This document shows positions 35,364 through 35,403 of a DNA stretch of 35,403 nt, piece after piece (position 1 is the stretch's first letter; every line of letters begins with the position of its first letter). This DNA comes from an uncultured Thermotogaceae bacterium (GTDB lineage Bacteria; Thermotogota; Thermotogae; Thermotogales; DSM-5069): positions 1 to 35,403 of the forward strand of contig CBFDVG010000001.1 of NCBI GenBank assembly GCA_965613295.1, given 5' to 3'. The translations under genes and the position numbers were made by a program. The notes under the pieces were generated by a model that saw only the letters and a list, made by a program, of their open reading frames with translations, did no database searches and was not told where the DNA came from.

Positions 35364-35403
35364 CTGTCTCTTATACACATCTGACGCTGCCGACGATATG
35401 CAG
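35364..35403. other. Illumina Nextera adapter read-through (mosaic end CTGTCTCTTATACACATCT + GACGCTGCCGACGA + start of the index)
   Basis: Exact reverse complement of the Nextera read-1 adapter TCGTCGGCAGCGTCAGATGTGTATAAGAGACAG. The trailing TATGCAG looks like the start of a reverse-complemented i5 index. Confidence 0.95.

Noticed and set aside
9-35382. 19-bp perfect terminal inverted repeats at both ends, suggesting that the whole window is a Tn5-type composite transposon
   Set aside because: The repeats are the synthetic Nextera mosaic ends, with adapter stubs attached. They are a library artefact.

Overview
The window is a complete 35.4-kb short-read contig. Both ends are Illumina Nextera adapter (1-27 and 35364-35403), so the biological sequence is about 28-35363. 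It comes from a bacterial chromosome with tightly packed genes, many GTG/TTG starts behind strong GGAGG-type Shine-Dalgarno sites, and frequent 1-16 nt stop/start overlaps. The gene content (NfnAB-like oxidoreductase, archease, DUF368, short ThiF/MoaD pair) gives me the impression of an anaerobic, possibly thermophilic lineage such as Thermotogota. I cannot verify that from the sequence alone.

Most of the window is core housekeeping:
- P-type Ca2+-type ATPase, DUF368/PopT-like membrane protein, DUF59 Fe-S protein, PrmC and an MsbA-like ABC exporter.
- A coupled metG-gyrA-archease-lexA-STAS run.
- Zn-dependent alcohol dehydrogenase, a MoaD/ThiS-like plus ThiF-like pair, tRNA-Ala(CGC), dnaB and ispF.
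- A PLD-like / Cof-HAD / secreted-protein operon, and an MBL / lipoprotein / RNase J-like trio.
- A TPP-riboswitch-controlled thiB/thiP-like importer, an amidohydrolase, an ABC-2 exporter pair, a degenerate MoaB/MogA-like protein and nfnAB.

The one clearly accessory region is an AT-rich island of about 3.5 kb (about 13656-17185). It is inserted in the STAS/ADH intergenic region and bracketed by near-identical 250-bp direct repeats. From left to right the island carries:
- a tyrosine-recombinase 3' remnant cut exactly at the repeat junction;
- an orphan pyruvate-kinase-C-terminal-domain-like protein;
- a type II R-M pair: a beta-class SPPY methyltransferase fused to a degenerate staphylococcal-nuclease-like domain, plus a 205-aa candidate endonuclease;
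- a 71-aa membrane protein.

Two diverged copies of a GC-rich element of about 105-125 nt sit immediately 3' of consecutive ORF units in the island. One copy folds into a GACAAC...GTTGTC-closed hairpin. This layout resembles an integron-cassette/attC arrangement, and it is the most novel-looking signal in the window, but it remains a hypothesis.

I saw no CRISPR array, rRNA gene or intact transposase.
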